Of a stretch of DNA of 57,773 nt, positions 46,740-57,060 are shown piece after piece. Origin of the DNA: Patescibacteria group bacterium (lineage in GTDB: Bacteria; Patescibacteriota; Minisyncoccia; Minisyncoccales; JAHCRE01); assembly GCA_020148025.1 (NCBI GenBank), contig JAHCRH010000003.1, positions 1 through 57,773 on the forward strand, given 5' to 3'. The position numbers and the translations under genes are program-made. The notes beneath the pieces are model-generated. The model did not search any database and was not told the DNA's origin. It saw nothing but the letters and a program-made list of their open reading frames with translations. Each line of letters begins with the position of its first letter. The stretch's first letter is position 1.

Positions 46740-47467
46740 AACCTATGAGCGAGGACCCGATAATAAAACTGGAAAATGTCTGGAAGGTTTATCAATTAGG
46801 GAAAGTAGAACTTACGGTTTTAAGAGAAATAAGCCTGGAGATCGCTCCGGGTAGTTTTGTATCAATCTTGGGTCCCAGCGGTTCAGGCAAATCAACTCTT
46901 TTAAATATTATTGGACTTTTGGATACTCCCACTAAAGGGAAGGTTTTTTTAGAAAGGCAAGACACTTCTCGGTTTTCAGAAGATGAGTTAGCTCAGATTA
47001 GAGGTAAAAAAATTGGTTTCGTTTTTCAACAGTTTAATTTACTACCCAATCTTAACGCTCTTGAGAATGTAATGATACCTATGGTTTTTCAGGGCATTCC
47101 TGAAAATAAAAGAAGGGGAAAAGCTAAATTTCTTCTTTCTTCTGTTGGTCTGGGAGAAAGGGTTTTTCATCGACCTAGCGAGCTTTCGGGTGGCGAACAA
47201 CAGAGGATAGCCATTGCTAGATCTTTAGCCAATAATCCCGAGGTTGTCATTGCTGATGAACCAACCGGTAATTTAGATTCGGTAACTGGTCAGAAAATAA
47301 TGGAAGTTCTAATCAACCTTCATAAAGAAGAGGAAAAAACCATTATCGTTGTAACTCATGATCCTAATATCGCAGATTACAGCGAGAAGATAATTAACCT
47401 TAAAGATGGTCAAATAGCATCTGATCATCTGGCGGGAAAGAAAATGCTTTGGGAAAGAAAAAAATAA
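46736..47467 (+). CDS. ABC transporter ATP-binding protein (MacB/LolD-like)
   Basis: GPSGSGKST, LSGGEQQR, ADEPTGNLD, VTHD. Confidence 0.96.
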   Translation: MKPMSEDPIIKLENVWKVYQLGKVELTVLREISLEIAPGSFVSILGPSGSGKSTLLNIIGLLDTPTKGKVFLERQDTSRFSEDELAQIRGKKIGFVFQQFNLLPNLNALENVMIPMVFQGIPENKRRGKAKFLLSSVGLGERVFHRPSELSGGEQQRIAIARSLANNPEVVIADEPTGNLDSVTGQKIMEVLINLHKEEEKTIIVVTHDPNIADYSEKIINLKDGQIASDHLAGKKMLWERKK

Positions 47468-47531
47468 GAACCTTTCGCTCCGCTCAAGAACCTTGATTCG
47501 CTAATGTATAAATATATAGTCTTGAATTAAT

Positions 47532-48743
47532 ATGTTAATAGAATATTTTAAAATAGCAATTAAGAATCTTAGAACCCGACCCCTAAGAAGCTGGTTGACA
47601 ATTCTGGGTATTGTTATTGGTGTTTTTTTAATAATGTCTCTGCTTTCCTTAAGTGAAGGATTAAAGGCAACTGTTCTTAAGCAATTAAGAGCGATAGGTA
47701 AAGATATTGTTATGATTATACCCGGCAACTTATCTGATGTAATGACTACATTTCTTGGAGGCGCAGAACTGACAGAAGATGACTTAAATGCGATAAGAAA
47801 GACTAGGGGAGTGGAAATAGTTATTCCTAATGTTTATAAAGCAGAAATTATGAAATCCCAAGGCGAGAGTAAGACCGTTCTCTTGTTTGGAATTGATTTA
47901 AAAAATGCCTTAGAGATCTATGAAGAAGATTTAGGTTTTGATATGTCTGAAGGCCGTTGGCCAGAAGCTGGAAAAAGAGAACTTCTAGTTGGTAGTTTAG
48001 TGCCAGAAGAAATTTTCCCTGGTTTGAAGACAGGGACAAGAGCTACTATAAAAGGAAAGCAGTTCGAAGTTGTTGGAATATTAAAATCTTTAGGAAGCAG
48101 ACAAGATGATTCTATGATTGGTGTCGATTTGGATATTTTTCGTGGAATTACAGGCAAAAAGGATGGTGCGCCCCAGGCCATTGCTAAAATTGCATCCGGA
48201 TTTTCTCCTGAAGAAGTAGCAGAAGATATAAAGGAGAATCTTTTGGAAACAAGAAGAAGACAAAGAGGAGAAGAAGAGGGTTCTTTTTCTGTTTTAACCA
48301 ATGAGGCAATGAGTGGAATGGTTAGTAACATTATGGGTGTAATTCAACTTGCAGTTTTCGCCTTTGCCAGTATTGCAATGATTGTCGGTGGAATTGGGAT
48401 AATGAACACAATGTATACTTCTGTCCATGAGCGAACTCGAGAGATAGGAATTTTAAAAGCAGTGGGAGCGAAAAAATCGACCATAACCACTATTTTCTTG
48501 ATTGAAGCAGGTGTTATCGGTCTGGTAGGAGGGATAGGAGGAATGATATTGGGATTGGGATTAGCTAAATTAATTGAACTTGTTGGTCAGGTTCATCCAG
48601 TTTTCTATATCTCAGCTGCTATCTCCCCCGGTCTCATTATTTTTGGCTTAACATTTTCTTTTTTGATTGGATGTCTCTCCGGATTTCTTCCAGCTAGAAG
48701 TGCAGCAAAGCTTAAACCGGTCGATGCTCTTCGTTACGAATAA
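47532..48743 (+). CDS. ABC transporter permease (MacB/FtsX family)
   Basis: RSWLTILGIVIG, ERTREIGILKAVGA, PARSAAKLKPVDALRYE. Confidence 0.95.
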   Translation: MLIEYFKIAIKNLRTRPLRSWLTILGIVIGVFLIMSLLSLSEGLKATVLKQLRAIGKDIVMIIPGNLSDVMTTFLGGAELTEDDLNAIRKTRGVEIVIPNVYKAEIMKSQGESKTVLLFGIDLKNALEIYEEDLGFDMSEGRWPEAGKRELLVGSLVPEEIFPGLKTGTRATIKGKQFEVVGILKSLGSRQDDSMIGVDLDIFRGITGKKDGAPQAIAKIASGFSPEEVAEDIKENLLETRRRQRGEEEGSFSVLTNEAMSGMVSNIMGVIQLAVFAFASIAMIVGGIGIMNTMYTSVHERTREIGILKAVGAKKSTITTIFLIEAGVIGLVGGIGGMILGLGLAKLIELVGQVHPVFYISAAISPGLIIFGLTFSFLIGCLSGFLPARSAAKLKPVDALRYE

Positions 48744-48785
48744 AAGCATACTAACATTAGAATGTTAATATGTTAAAATGTTAAT

Positions 48786-49421
48786 ATGACATCAATTGAT
48801 TCTTTAATAAACGAGGACTGGTTAAGAACTCCGAGAATAATTGAGGCTTTTAAGAAAATTAAAAGAGTTGATTTTTTACCAGAGGATATAAAAAATTTGG
48901 CTGAACTAAATACAGCTTTACCAATAGGCTTTGGCCAGACAATTTCCCAACCCTTAGTAGTTGCTTTTATGATTGAACATCTCCAACCCCGACCAGGAGA
49001 TAACATTTTAGATATTGGTTCAGGATCTGGCTGGACAACAGCTTTATTAGCTGAAATTGTAGGGGGACAAGGAAAAGTTTTTGGTATGGAGATAATTCCA
49101 GAATTGAAGGAATTCGGTAAGGAAAATGTTTCAAAATATAATTTCGTCGAGAAGAAGATTGCTGAATTTATTTGTGCTGATGCTTCAAAAGGTTATCCTA
49201 ATATGGCCTCTCATCCTGAGCTTGCCGAAGGGTTCGATAAGATTTTAGCTTCAGCTTCAGCAAGAAGAATGCCTCGGGTTTGGAAAGAGCAGTTAAAGAT
49301 TGGTGGGAGAATTGTGACGCCAATAGGTACTTCAATTTGGGTCTTTATAAAGAAATCAGAGAAAAAATTCGCTGAGATTGAATTCCCAGGCTTTATTTTC
49401 GTCCCCTTAGTTGAAAAATAA
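48786..49421 (+). CDS. pcm: Protein-L-isoaspartate O-methyltransferase
   Basis: GQTISQP, LDIGSGSGWTTA, QLKIGGR, FVPLV. Confidence 0.94.
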   Translation: MTSIDSLINEDWLRTPRIIEAFKKIKRVDFLPEDIKNLAELNTALPIGFGQTISQPLVVAFMIEHLQPRPGDNILDIGSGSGWTTALLAEIVGGQGKVFGMEIIPELKEFGKENVSKYNFVEKKIAEFICADASKGYPNMASHPELAEGFDKILASASARRMPRVWKEQLKIGGRIVTPIGTSIWVFIKKSEKKFAEIEFPGFIFVPLVEK

Positions 49422-49422
49422 T

Positions 49423-50457
49423 ATGAGGCATTTTTTTATTTTTTTATTTTTAGTTTTTATCTTTTGTGTTTTTCTTTGGCAAGGGATTTATTTAGCAAAA
49501 GATTTGACCTCTTTTGAAGAAAAAATGTTTTTGGTTGAAAAAGGACAAAATATTTTTCAAATCGCTGAGAATTTAGAAAAAGAAAATTTAATTAAACATA
49601 GATTTTATTTTGAAACATACCTATTTTTGATAGGGAAACCAAAAAAACTCCAGGCAGGAGAGTATTTGCTTTTTTCTTCAATGACAATTCCCGAAATTAC
49701 AAGAAAAATTGTTTCAGGTGATGTGATAAAAGAAAAAATTACCATTATTGAAGGTTGGAATCTCAGAGATATTGGCTGGTATTTAGAGAATGGGGGATTG
49801 TTTCAGGCTGAAGAACTTTTTGAAATTGCCGGTTTTCCGTTAATTGATTATTCTAAGGTAACCGATTTACCTCCACCAATTGATTTTTCTCAAGAATTTG
49901 AATTTCTGAAAGATAAACCCAAAAATTTAGGATTGGAAGGTTATCTTTTTCCCGATACTTATGAAATATCAAGAGGGGAGAGTCTTGAGGAGATTGTCAA
50001 AAAAATTCTTAAAAATTTTGAGAAGAAACTGAAGCCGGAACTGAGAGAGGAGATTAATCGTCAAGAAAAAACAATTTTTGAGATAGTAACCATGGCCTCC
50101 CTAATTGAAAAGGAAGTGAAGACACAAGAAGACAGAGAGCGGGTCTCTGGAATCTTGTGGAAAAGATTAAACAATAATATTCCCTTACAGGTTGACGCAA
50201 CAATAACTTATATTACTGGTAAAAAAACGATTAAAATTTCAAGAGAGGAAACTCAAATTGATTCGCCTTATAATACCTACAAATACAGAGGTTTACCCTT
50301 GGGTCCAATTTGTAATCCAGGTCTTGAAAGTATTTTAGCTTCATTGTATCCTAAAGCAAGCGAGTATTGGTACTATTTATCTACTTCCGAAGGAGAAACT
50401 ATTTTTAGCAAAACCCTAGAGGAACACAACGTCGCCAAATCAAAATATTTAAAATAA
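49423..50457 (+). CDS. mltG: Endolytic transglycosylase
   Basis: EGYLFPDTY, ASLIEKE, SPYNTY..GLPLGPICNPG. Confidence 0.95.
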   Translation: MRHFFIFLFLVFIFCVFLWQGIYLAKDLTSFEEKMFLVEKGQNIFQIAENLEKENLIKHRFYFETYLFLIGKPKKLQAGEYLLFSSMTIPEITRKIVSGDVIKEKITIIEGWNLRDIGWYLENGGLFQAEELFEIAGFPLIDYSKVTDLPPPIDFSQEFEFLKDKPKNLGLEGYLFPDTYEISRGESLEEIVKKILKNFEKKLKPELREEINRQEKTIFEIVTMASLIEKEVKTQEDRERVSGILWKRLNNNIPLQVDATITYITGKKTIKISREETQIDSPYNTYKYRGLPLGPICNPGLESILASLYPKASEYWYYLSTSEGETIFSKTLEEHNVAKSKYLK

Positions 50458-50495
50458 ACTCTCTACGAGAAGTGTTCTCGTAGTATTGTAAAAAT

Positions 50496-51044
50496 ATGGC
50501 AGAAAAAATTTTAGAAAATAAAAAAATAGCAATGATTATTGCTTTTAGAAATTTCAGAGATGTCGAATATTTTATTCCCAAAGAGATTTTAGAAAAAGCG
50601 GGAGCAAAAATAACTAGTGTTAGCACGAAATTAGGAACAGCTATTGGGGCTGATGGGGGAGATGTTGACATAGATTTAACTTTGGAAGATTTGAATCCGA
50701 CTGGTTTTGATGGAATAGTTTTTATTGGAGGTCCAGGATGTCTTGAATATTTAGATAATGAAAATTCTTATAAAATCGCCAGAGAAACAGTGAAACAAAA
50801 TAAAGTTTTGGGTTCAATTTGTATATCGCCAGTAATTTTAGCCAAAGCTGGAGTATTATCTGGCAAACGGGCAACTGTCTGGTCAGGCCCATTGGATAGG
50901 GGACCAATTAAAACTTTGGAAGAAGGAGGAGCAATCTATCAAGACTCTTCGGTGATAGTTGATGGAAAGCTGATTACCGGTAATGGTCCAGCAGCTGCCA
51001 AAGAATTTGGAGAAAAATTAGTTGAGGGGTTGACAGAGGAATAA
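50496..51044 (+). CDS. DJ-1/PfpI family protein
   Basis: FRDVEY, FIGGPG, ICISP, ITGNGP. Confidence 0.92.
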   Translation: MAEKILENKKIAMIIAFRNFRDVEYFIPKEILEKAGAKITSVSTKLGTAIGADGGDVDIDLTLEDLNPTGFDGIVFIGGPGCLEYLDNENSYKIARETVKQNKVLGSICISPVILAKAGVLSGKRATVWSGPLDRGPIKTLEEGGAIYQDSSVIVDGKLITGNGPAAAKEFGEKLVEGLTEE

Positions 51045-51064
51045 AAACAAATATAATTAAAAGA

Positions 51065-51150
51065 AGCCACAGACAATAGGCATTTAAGACCTATCGAGGC
51101 AATGAATTTAGGGTTAGACTCCCTACTGTCTGCGGTAGCAGACATTTTTT
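51065..51150 (+). promoter_or_regulatory. L10 leader RNA
   Basis: AGACAATAGG-CATTTAAGA-CCTATCGAGG core upstream of rplJ resembles the known L10 leader; terminator-like hairpin follows. Confidence 0.75.
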
Positions 51151-51177
51151 GTTTATTGTTAATTGTTTATTGACATT

Positions 51178-51696
51178 ATGGCTTTAACTCGCGAACAAAA
51201 AGAAAAAATTATTGAAGATTTAAAGGAAAAGGTTGAAAAGCAGAAAATAACAATTTTTGTTAATTTTAGTGGTTTAAAAGTAAAAGATTTTTTTGAATTG
51301 AAGAAAAAATTGAAGTCGGCTAATTCTCAATTAAAAGTGGCAAAAAAAACTTTACTCAATCTTGTTCTTAAGGATTATGATTCTGCTTTTTTCCAAGAAG
51401 CAGCAAAATTGAGGGGGGAAATAGCAGTTATTTTTGGGTTTGAAGAAGAAATTTTACCAGCTAAAATTGTTCACCAGTTTTCTTTAGAAAATCCCAAATT
51501 GAAAATCCTGGGAGGCTATTTTGAAGGAAAATTTAGAGAACCAGACGAGATAATCACTTTAGCCGAACTTCCCAGTCTGAATGAACTTTTAGCGCGATTG
51601 GTGAAAAACATATCAGCTCCAATTTCAAATTTTGTTAATATTTTAGGGGGAAATATAAAAAATTTGGTTTACCTATTAAGCACAATTAAAAAGTAA
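51178..51696 (+). CDS. rplJ: 50S ribosomal protein L10
   Basis: MALTREQK, VAKKTL, LAELPS. Confidence 0.93.
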   Translation: MALTREQKEKIIEDLKEKVEKQKITIFVNFSGLKVKDFFELKKKLKSANSQLKVAKKTLLNLVLKDYDSAFFQEAAKLRGEIAVIFGFEEEILPAKIVHQFSLENPKLKILGGYFEGKFREPDEIITLAELPSLNELLARLVKNISAPISNFVNILGGNIKNLVYLLSTIKK

Positions 51697-51778
51697 GTAT
51701 TTAGGTGCTTAGCTTCTAGGTAATTAGTCATATTCGAGATCTGGGAACCTAGAACCTAAAACCTAGAACCTAAACTTT

Positions 51779-52240
51779 ATGGTCGAAAAAAAAGAAAAAG
51801 AACCCAAAAAAATTGACCCCGAAAAATCAGCTAAAGCAGATAACGGGGTAAAGGTTCCAGAAAAATTTAAAAAATTGGTTGGAGAAATTGAAAAAATGTC
51901 GATTTTAGATCTGGCTGAGTTGGTAAAGGTTTTAGAGAAAAGATTTGGTGTTTCAGCCGTCCAACCTGTAGTCGCAGCTCCTGCCCCAGCTACTCCGGCA
52001 GTTGCCGAGGTTGAAGAAAAAACTATTTTTAGTATTTTCTTGAAAGAGATAGGAGATAAAAAGATTGAAGTAATTAAGGCGGTTCGTGATATTACAGGCC
52101 GTGGTTTAAAAGATTCAAAAGATTTAGTTGATGCCACAGCTTCTGGTCCCCAGCTGATTAAAGAAAATGTTAAGAAAGAGGAGGCTGAAGAGATGAAGAA
52201 AAGGTTGGAAACAGCTGGAGCAAAAATTGAATTAAAATAA
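51779..52240 (+). CDS. rplL: 50S ribosomal protein L7/L12
   Basis: [31 protein letters not shown]. Confidence 0.96.
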   Translation: MVEKKEKEPKKIDPEKSAKADNGVKVPEKFKKLVGEIEKMSILDLAELVKVLEKRFGVSAVQPVVAAPAPATPAVAEVEEKTIFSIFLKEIGDKKIEVIKAVRDITGRGLKDSKDLVDATASGPQLIKENVKKEEAEEMKKRLETAGAKIELK

Positions 52241-52257
52241 AACTTCAGTTTTTAATT

Positions 52258-52812
52258 ATGGATTGGATTTTTATTCTCCAGTGCCTTTATTTTTTTCTTC
52301 CCGCCTATTCTGCTAATATGACCCCAACTTTTGCCAAGAAAGGTAAGGTTTTTAAATTCTTGGCAAAACCGGTTGATTTTGGAAAGAAATATCAGGGTTT
52401 TCCAGTTTTTGGTCATCATAAAACCTGGCGGGGAATAATTCTGGGAGTTTTAATTGGTATTTTAGTAGCTTTACTTCAAAGATTTCTCTGGCAATTTCCT
52501 TTTTTTGAAAAATTAAGCTTCCTTAATTATCAGGAAATTAATGTCTTTTTTCTTGGTTTTTTGCTTTCTTTCGGAGCTTTATCGGGAGATTTAATTTCCA
52601 GTTTTTTCAAAAGAAGACAGAAAATTGAGTCGGGAAAATCCTGGATTCCTTTTGACCAAATAAGCTTTGTCATCGGCTCTTTTTTACTAGTCAGTCCTTT
52701 TTTTGAAGTTCAAATTTCAGCCTGGTTAATCATTCTTTTTCTTAGTTTTCTTTTACACATAATTGTTAATCGAATTGGTTTTTGGTTGAAAATTAGTGAT
52801 AGTAAAATGTAA
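52258..52812 (+). CDS. CDP-archaeol synthase (CarS/DUF46) family membrane CTP-transferase
   Basis: LPAYSANM, PVDFG, GHHKTWRG, GDLISSFFKRR, PFDQISF. Confidence 0.85.
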   Translation: MDWIFILQCLYFFLPAYSANMTPTFAKKGKVFKFLAKPVDFGKKYQGFPVFGHHKTWRGIILGVLIGILVALLQRFLWQFPFFEKLSFLNYQEINVFFLGFLLSFGALSGDLISSFFKRRQKIESGKSWIPFDQISFVIGSFLLVSPFFEVQISAWLIILFLSFLLHIIVNRIGFWLKISDSKM

Positions 52813-52854
52813 AAATATTGCCTATTTTTTAAAAAAGAGGTATATTTAAATAAT

Positions 52855-53514
52855 ATGTTCAATTCTTTTATTTTTCCAGCAATTAGCCGGGGTTTTTTAC
52901 TCCAGATTTTAGGAGCGTTTCTGGTTTTTATAGTAGGTTTGGTCATCTCCTGGATCATCAGTAAAATAGTGAGGGACTTTTTAAATAAAATCCGTCTTAA
53001 TCGAGTAATAAAAGGGTTGGGTTGGAAGGAAGCTTTTGCTCGGGCAGAAATTAAACTTGATATGGCCAAATTTTTTGGAGAAATTGCTAAATGGTTGATT
53101 TTAATTATTTTTTTAATGGCGGCCTGTGAGATTGTTGAGCTTTCCCAATTTAGCCAACTTTTAGGAAGGATTGTCGATTATTTTCCCAATATCCTTGTTG
53201 CTTCTCTAATTTTCATTGTTACTGTTTTTTTAGTTGATTTTACTTATCGGATTTTTCTTGCCACCACCAAAAAAACTGACAAAAGAACTGAGCTTACTTA
53301 TTCGAGATTTCTTGGGGTGGGAGCTCGCCGGGCAATCTGGGTTTTGGCAACTTTAGCTATTTTATATCAACTCCAAATAGTGCCTGATTTGATTTTAAGC
53401 CTTTTTATTGCCATTTTGGGATTACTCGTTTTGGCTTGCGGAATTGCCTTTGGTTTAGGAGGTAAAGAGATTGCCAAAAAAATCTTAGAAGAGTGGAAAG
53501 AAAAACTTCCTTAA
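52855..53514 (+). CDS. Membrane protein with conserved TM-helix repeats (MscS-associated / CmpX-like)
   Basis: YFPNILVASLI, GIAFGLGGKE. Confidence 0.8.
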   Translation: MFNSFIFPAISRGFLLQILGAFLVFIVGLVISWIISKIVRDFLNKIRLNRVIKGLGWKEAFARAEIKLDMAKFFGEIAKWLILIIFLMAACEIVELSQFSQLLGRIVDYFPNILVASLIFIVTVFLVDFTYRIFLATTKKTDKRTELTYSRFLGVGARRAIWVLATLAILYQLQIVPDLILSLFIAILGLLVLACGIAFGLGGKEIAKKILEEWKEKLP

Positions 53515-53521
53515 ATGTTTT

Positions 53522-54190
53522 ATGAAAGCTGATTTGCACATGCATACTAATTTTTCCTATGATGGTCTTCCTTCTCCAAGAGAAGTTGTCGATGCTGCTA
53601 TCTTAAAAAAAATCGATTGCATCTGCATTACCGATCATGGAGAAATAAGGGGGGCAATTGAAGCCCTCCGTTTTGCTGAAGGAAAACCCATTTTGGTTAT
53701 TCCAGGGATTGAAAGCAGAGCTAAAGAAGGTGAGATTTTAGGTTTGGGTATTCAGAAAAAAATCCCTGATGGTCTGTCAGTCAAAGAAACGATAAACGCA
53801 ATAATTAAACAGGGTGGAATGGCAGCAATTGCTCATCCTTTTGATTATTTTCTGTACTTTAAAGATATTGAAAAATATCAAGATTTATTTCGGGAAAAAG
53901 GAGTAGCCATTGAAGTCTTCAATGCTTCTCTGTTTTTTAATTTTTGTAATATAGAAGCTCTGGAATTTGCTGAAAAATTTAATCTTCCTTTTGTTGCTGG
54001 TTCCGATGCCCACTCAGTAGATTTTATTGGTAAGGCCTTCTTGGAAATTCCAAAGGAAGATTTATCTGCCAGTGAAGTTTTGGAGGAAATAAGAAAAAGA
54101 AATGTTAAGGTTGGTTCCGACACAATTTCCTTTTGGGAAAAATTTGGAGACCACTTGAAAAGAAACATTGCCAAATTCAAAAATCTATAG
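53522..54190 (+). CDS. PHP-domain phosphoesterase
   Basis: DLHMHT, ITDH, AHP, GSDAH. Confidence 0.92.
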   Translation: MKADLHMHTNFSYDGLPSPREVVDAAILKKIDCICITDHGEIRGAIEALRFAEGKPILVIPGIESRAKEGEILGLGIQKKIPDGLSVKETINAIIKQGGMAAIAHPFDYFLYFKDIEKYQDLFREKGVAIEVFNASLFFNFCNIEALEFAEKFNLPFVAGSDAHSVDFIGKAFLEIPKEDLSASEVLEEIRKRNVKVGSDTISFWEKFGDHLKRNIAKFKNL

Positions 54191-54195
54191 AAAAA

Positions 54196-54795
54196 ATGTT
54201 AGAAGAAAGGCGAGAAAAACTTAAATTTATTTCTGAGAAGATGGGTTTGTGTTTTTCTAAATCTAAAATTCATCCAAATTTTTTTACTTTAATTTCTCTT
54301 TTATTTAGTTTTTTTTGTTTTCTCTCTTTAGTCAAAAATAATTTAATTCTGGCAATTATCTTTTTTCTTTTGGCTTCTTTTTCTGATTTTATTGATGGGG
54401 CAGTGGCCAGAGCTTCCCAAAAAGCAACAAAATTGGGAGCTTATTTAGATACAATTTGTGATCGTTATGTAGAAGGAGTGGTTTTTTTAGGTTTTTTGTT
54501 TTTGCCTCTTCCTGATTTTCTTTTCCCGGCCTCAATTTGGGTTTTTCTTTGTCTTTTTGGATCTCTAATGACTACTTACTCAAAGGCAGCTGCTAAAGAA
54601 AAAGAGGTCATAAAAAAAGAATTAAAAAAAGGTCTTTTTGGAAGACCGGAAAGAATGATTTTAATCTTCTTTTCAATGATTTTGGGTATTTTTAATCTCT
54701 CCTGGTTAGTTTATCCTTTAGTAATCTTTGCTATCCTTTCTAATTTTACTGTTTTGCAAAGAATATTTTTTAGCCTAAAGTCAAGTCAAACTTGA
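54196..54795 (+). CDS. CDP-alcohol phosphatidyltransferase
   Basis: HPNFFT, DFIDGAVAR..GAYLDTICDR, GRPER. Confidence 0.92.
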   Translation: MLEERREKLKFISEKMGLCFSKSKIHPNFFTLISLLFSFFCFLSLVKNNLILAIIFFLLASFSDFIDGAVARASQKATKLGAYLDTICDRYVEGVVFLGFLFLPLPDFLFPASIWVFLCLFGSLMTTYSKAAAKEKEVIKKELKKGLFGRPERMILIFFSMILGIFNLSWLVYPLVIFAILSNFTVLQRIFFSLKSSQT

Positions 54796-55464
54796 TCGAT
54801 CTTGACCTGCCAAAGAAGTGATTTCCTCCATTACCTTATCGGTAATTTTTTTTAAAATTTCCTGATATGCTTCCGTTCCTTCTTGTATTTCTCCTGTCTC
54901 AAGGGCCTTTTTTTCTTTTTCAAAAAAGAGAGGTTTTCCGATGTTGATTTTAACTTCTCTTTTTATTTTCGGGAGACTTTTACCAGGGGGCATAAGTTCA
55001 AAAGTTCCCTTAATTCCAACCGGTAAAATTTGAACTCCAGTTTTTAAAAAAATTTTTGCTGTTCCGCATTTTCCCTCTTTAATTTCTCCTGTTCTAGTTC
55101 TTGTCCCTTCAGGATAAATCACCAAACAATCACCTTTTTTCAAGTGCTCAATGGCTTCTTCTTTTGCTTTTTTTCTGGATTCAGATATTTTCCTGTTCAC
55201 CCTAATTACTCCGGCAATAAAATATAAAACATTTAAAAGTAATCTATCAAAACCTGCGTAGCGATCGGTTTGGCCAATATAAATAAATCTTCTCGGTACA
55301 CAAACATAACCTGTTACTATCTGATCTAGATGGCTTTGGTGGTTTGCCGCCAAAATAAAATTTCTTTTGGGAATGTTATCTTTACCCCTTACCTCTTTTA
55401 TTAGAAATAGATCAACTGGTAGCTTCAAAAAGATTTTACAAAACCAAGAAAGTATTCTATTCAT
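54781..55464 (-). CDS. plsC: 1-acyl-sn-glycerol-3-phosphate acyltransferase family, paralog 2
   Basis: NHQSHLD, YPEGTR. Confidence 0.9.
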   Translation of the reverse strand: MNRILSWFCKIFLKLPVDLFLIKEVRGKDNIPKRNFILAANHQSHLDQIVTGYVCVPRRFIYIGQTDRYAGFDRLLLNVLYFIAGVIRVNRKISESRKKAKEEAIEHLKKGDCLVIYPEGTRTRTGEIKEGKCGTAKIFLKTGVQILPVGIKGTFELMPPGKSLPKIKREVKINIGKPLFFEKEKKALETGEIQEGTEAYQEILKKITDKVMEEITSLAGQDRSSLT

Positions 55465-56126
55465 AAAATGGCTGTTAGATTACTAATTTCTTTCATTACT
55501 TTGTCTGTTATTTTTTGAAGAATCTGACAATATTCTCTAGTATTCTCATCTAAATTTTTTGCTTTTTTAAATTCTTCTTTAAAAAATAAGGGTTTTCCGA
55601 TATTTACCTTAATTATTTTTTTTATTCTAAGTTTCCCCTTTGGTGGAAAAAGCTCAAATGAACCTTTAATTCCCGCAGGTATAATGGGAACTCCTGTTTT
55701 TAGAAAAATTTTAGATATTCCAAATCTTCCTTTCTGAATTTTTCCGTTAATCGACCTTGTCCCCTCAGGATAAATTACTAAAATATCTCCTTTTTTTAAA
55801 ACTTTGATTGTTTTTCTTATAACCTTTCTTTTAGATTCTTTGTCTTTACGATCTAAAGGAATAACCCCGCATAAAAGATATAATCCTCTTATAAAAAGTC
55901 TTGGTATTCCTCGCCATCCATCGATTTGGCCAATAAAATGAAAATTTCTTGGCACGCAAAGGCAACCGTCTACTAATGTGTCAAGATGGCTTTGGTGATT
56001 TGAGGCTAAAATAAAATTCCTTTTAAGGTTTACAATATTTTCTTCTCCTATAATCTTTTCAATAAAGACCCCCTTAATTAAAGGAACAAGAGAGACCTTA
56101 CATAACCAGGAAAGTATCCTGTTCAT
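55461..56126 (-). CDS. plsC: 1-acyl-sn-glycerol-3-phosphate acyltransferase family, paralog 1
   Basis: NHQSHLD, YPEGTRS. Confidence 0.9.
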   Translation of the reverse strand: MNRILSWLCKVSLVPLIKGVFIEKIIGEENIVNLKRNFILASNHQSHLDTLVDGCLCVPRNFHFIGQIDGWRGIPRLFIRGLYLLCGVIPLDRKDKESKRKVIRKTIKVLKKGDILVIYPEGTRSINGKIQKGRFGISKIFLKTGVPIIPAGIKGSFELFPPKGKLRIKKIIKVNIGKPLFFKEEFKKAKNLDENTREYCQILQKITDKVMKEISNLTAIL

Positions 56127-56130
56127 AAGA

Positions 56131-57060
56131 TTAAACTTCTTTTTTTATTTTCTCAATCTTTCCAGCAATTTCTTCAATTATTTCTTTACAGCTTTTAATT
56201 TCGGAAATTCCACCAGCTGAAAATCCAGCCAAAAGGGGTATTTTTTCAATATCGCCTGAGGTTATTCTTCCACTAACTATTTTTTCTGCTTTTATTTCTT
56301 CAGGAAAGGCTCCTTTTTCTTCCAATTTCTGCCACTCTTCAAAGAGCTGGTTTTCGATTACTCTTAGGGGATGGCCGGTAAAGCGGAGAACAACTTTTAT
56401 TTCGTCAGTCGTTGCTTCCAAAATTTTCTTTTTGTAATTCTCATGAATCTGACACTCTTTGCTTGCTAAAAATCTGGTTCCCATTTGGATAGCGTCAGCT
56501 CCCAACAAAAAAGCAGCCATTGCTGTTTTTCCATCATAAATTCCCCCAGCTGCAATTAAAGGGATTTTTTTTAATAGATTTTTTGTTTGGGGAATTAAAG
56601 TAAAAGTGGTACATTCTCCAATATGACCTCCTGACTCCGATCCTTCAACAACCACCGCATCCGCATCGCTATCTTCCATTTTCTTTGCCAATCTAGGAGA
56701 GGGAACTACTGGAATAATTTTTATTCCCGCTTTCTTGAAATAAGGAAATAGGGGCAGGGGATTGCCCCCACCAGTAAAAACGACTGGAACTTTTTCTTCA
56801 ATTATTATTTTTATCAAATTTTCCAGCCTGGGATTTTGGATAAAAAGATTAACAGCAAAAGGGTTTTTAGTTTTCTTCTTTGTTTTTTTAATTTCCTCTC
56901 TTAACCAAGTATCTGGCATAAGTCCCGCTCCAATTGTTCCTAAGCCTCCGGCATTAGAAACTGCCGAAACTAAGTTGGCTTCAGAGATACCAGCCATTCC
57001 TCCCTGAATAACTGGATATTGAGTTCCCAAAAGTTTTGTTAATTTATTTTTTTCAAACAT
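56131..57060 (-). CDS. fabK: Enoyl-ACP reductase FabK / nitronate monooxygenase family
   Basis: YPVIQGGMA, AVSNAGGLG, EGSESGGHIG, AAGGI, QMGTRF; ATG overlaps the fabZ stop. Confidence 0.85.
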   Translation of the reverse strand: MFEKNKLTKLLGTQYPVIQGGMAGISEANLVSAVSNAGGLGTIGAGLMPDTWLREEIKKTKKKTKNPFAVNLFIQNPRLENLIKIIIEEKVPVVFTGGGNPLPLFPYFKKAGIKIIPVVPSPRLAKKMEDSDADAVVVEGSESGGHIGECTTFTLIPQTKNLLKKIPLIAAGGIYDGKTAMAAFLLGADAIQMGTRFLASKECQIHENYKKKILEATTDEIKVVLRFTGHPLRVIENQLFEEWQKLEEKGAFPEEIKAEKIVSGRITSGDIEKIPLLAGFSAGGISEIKSCKEIIEEIAGKIEKIKKEV

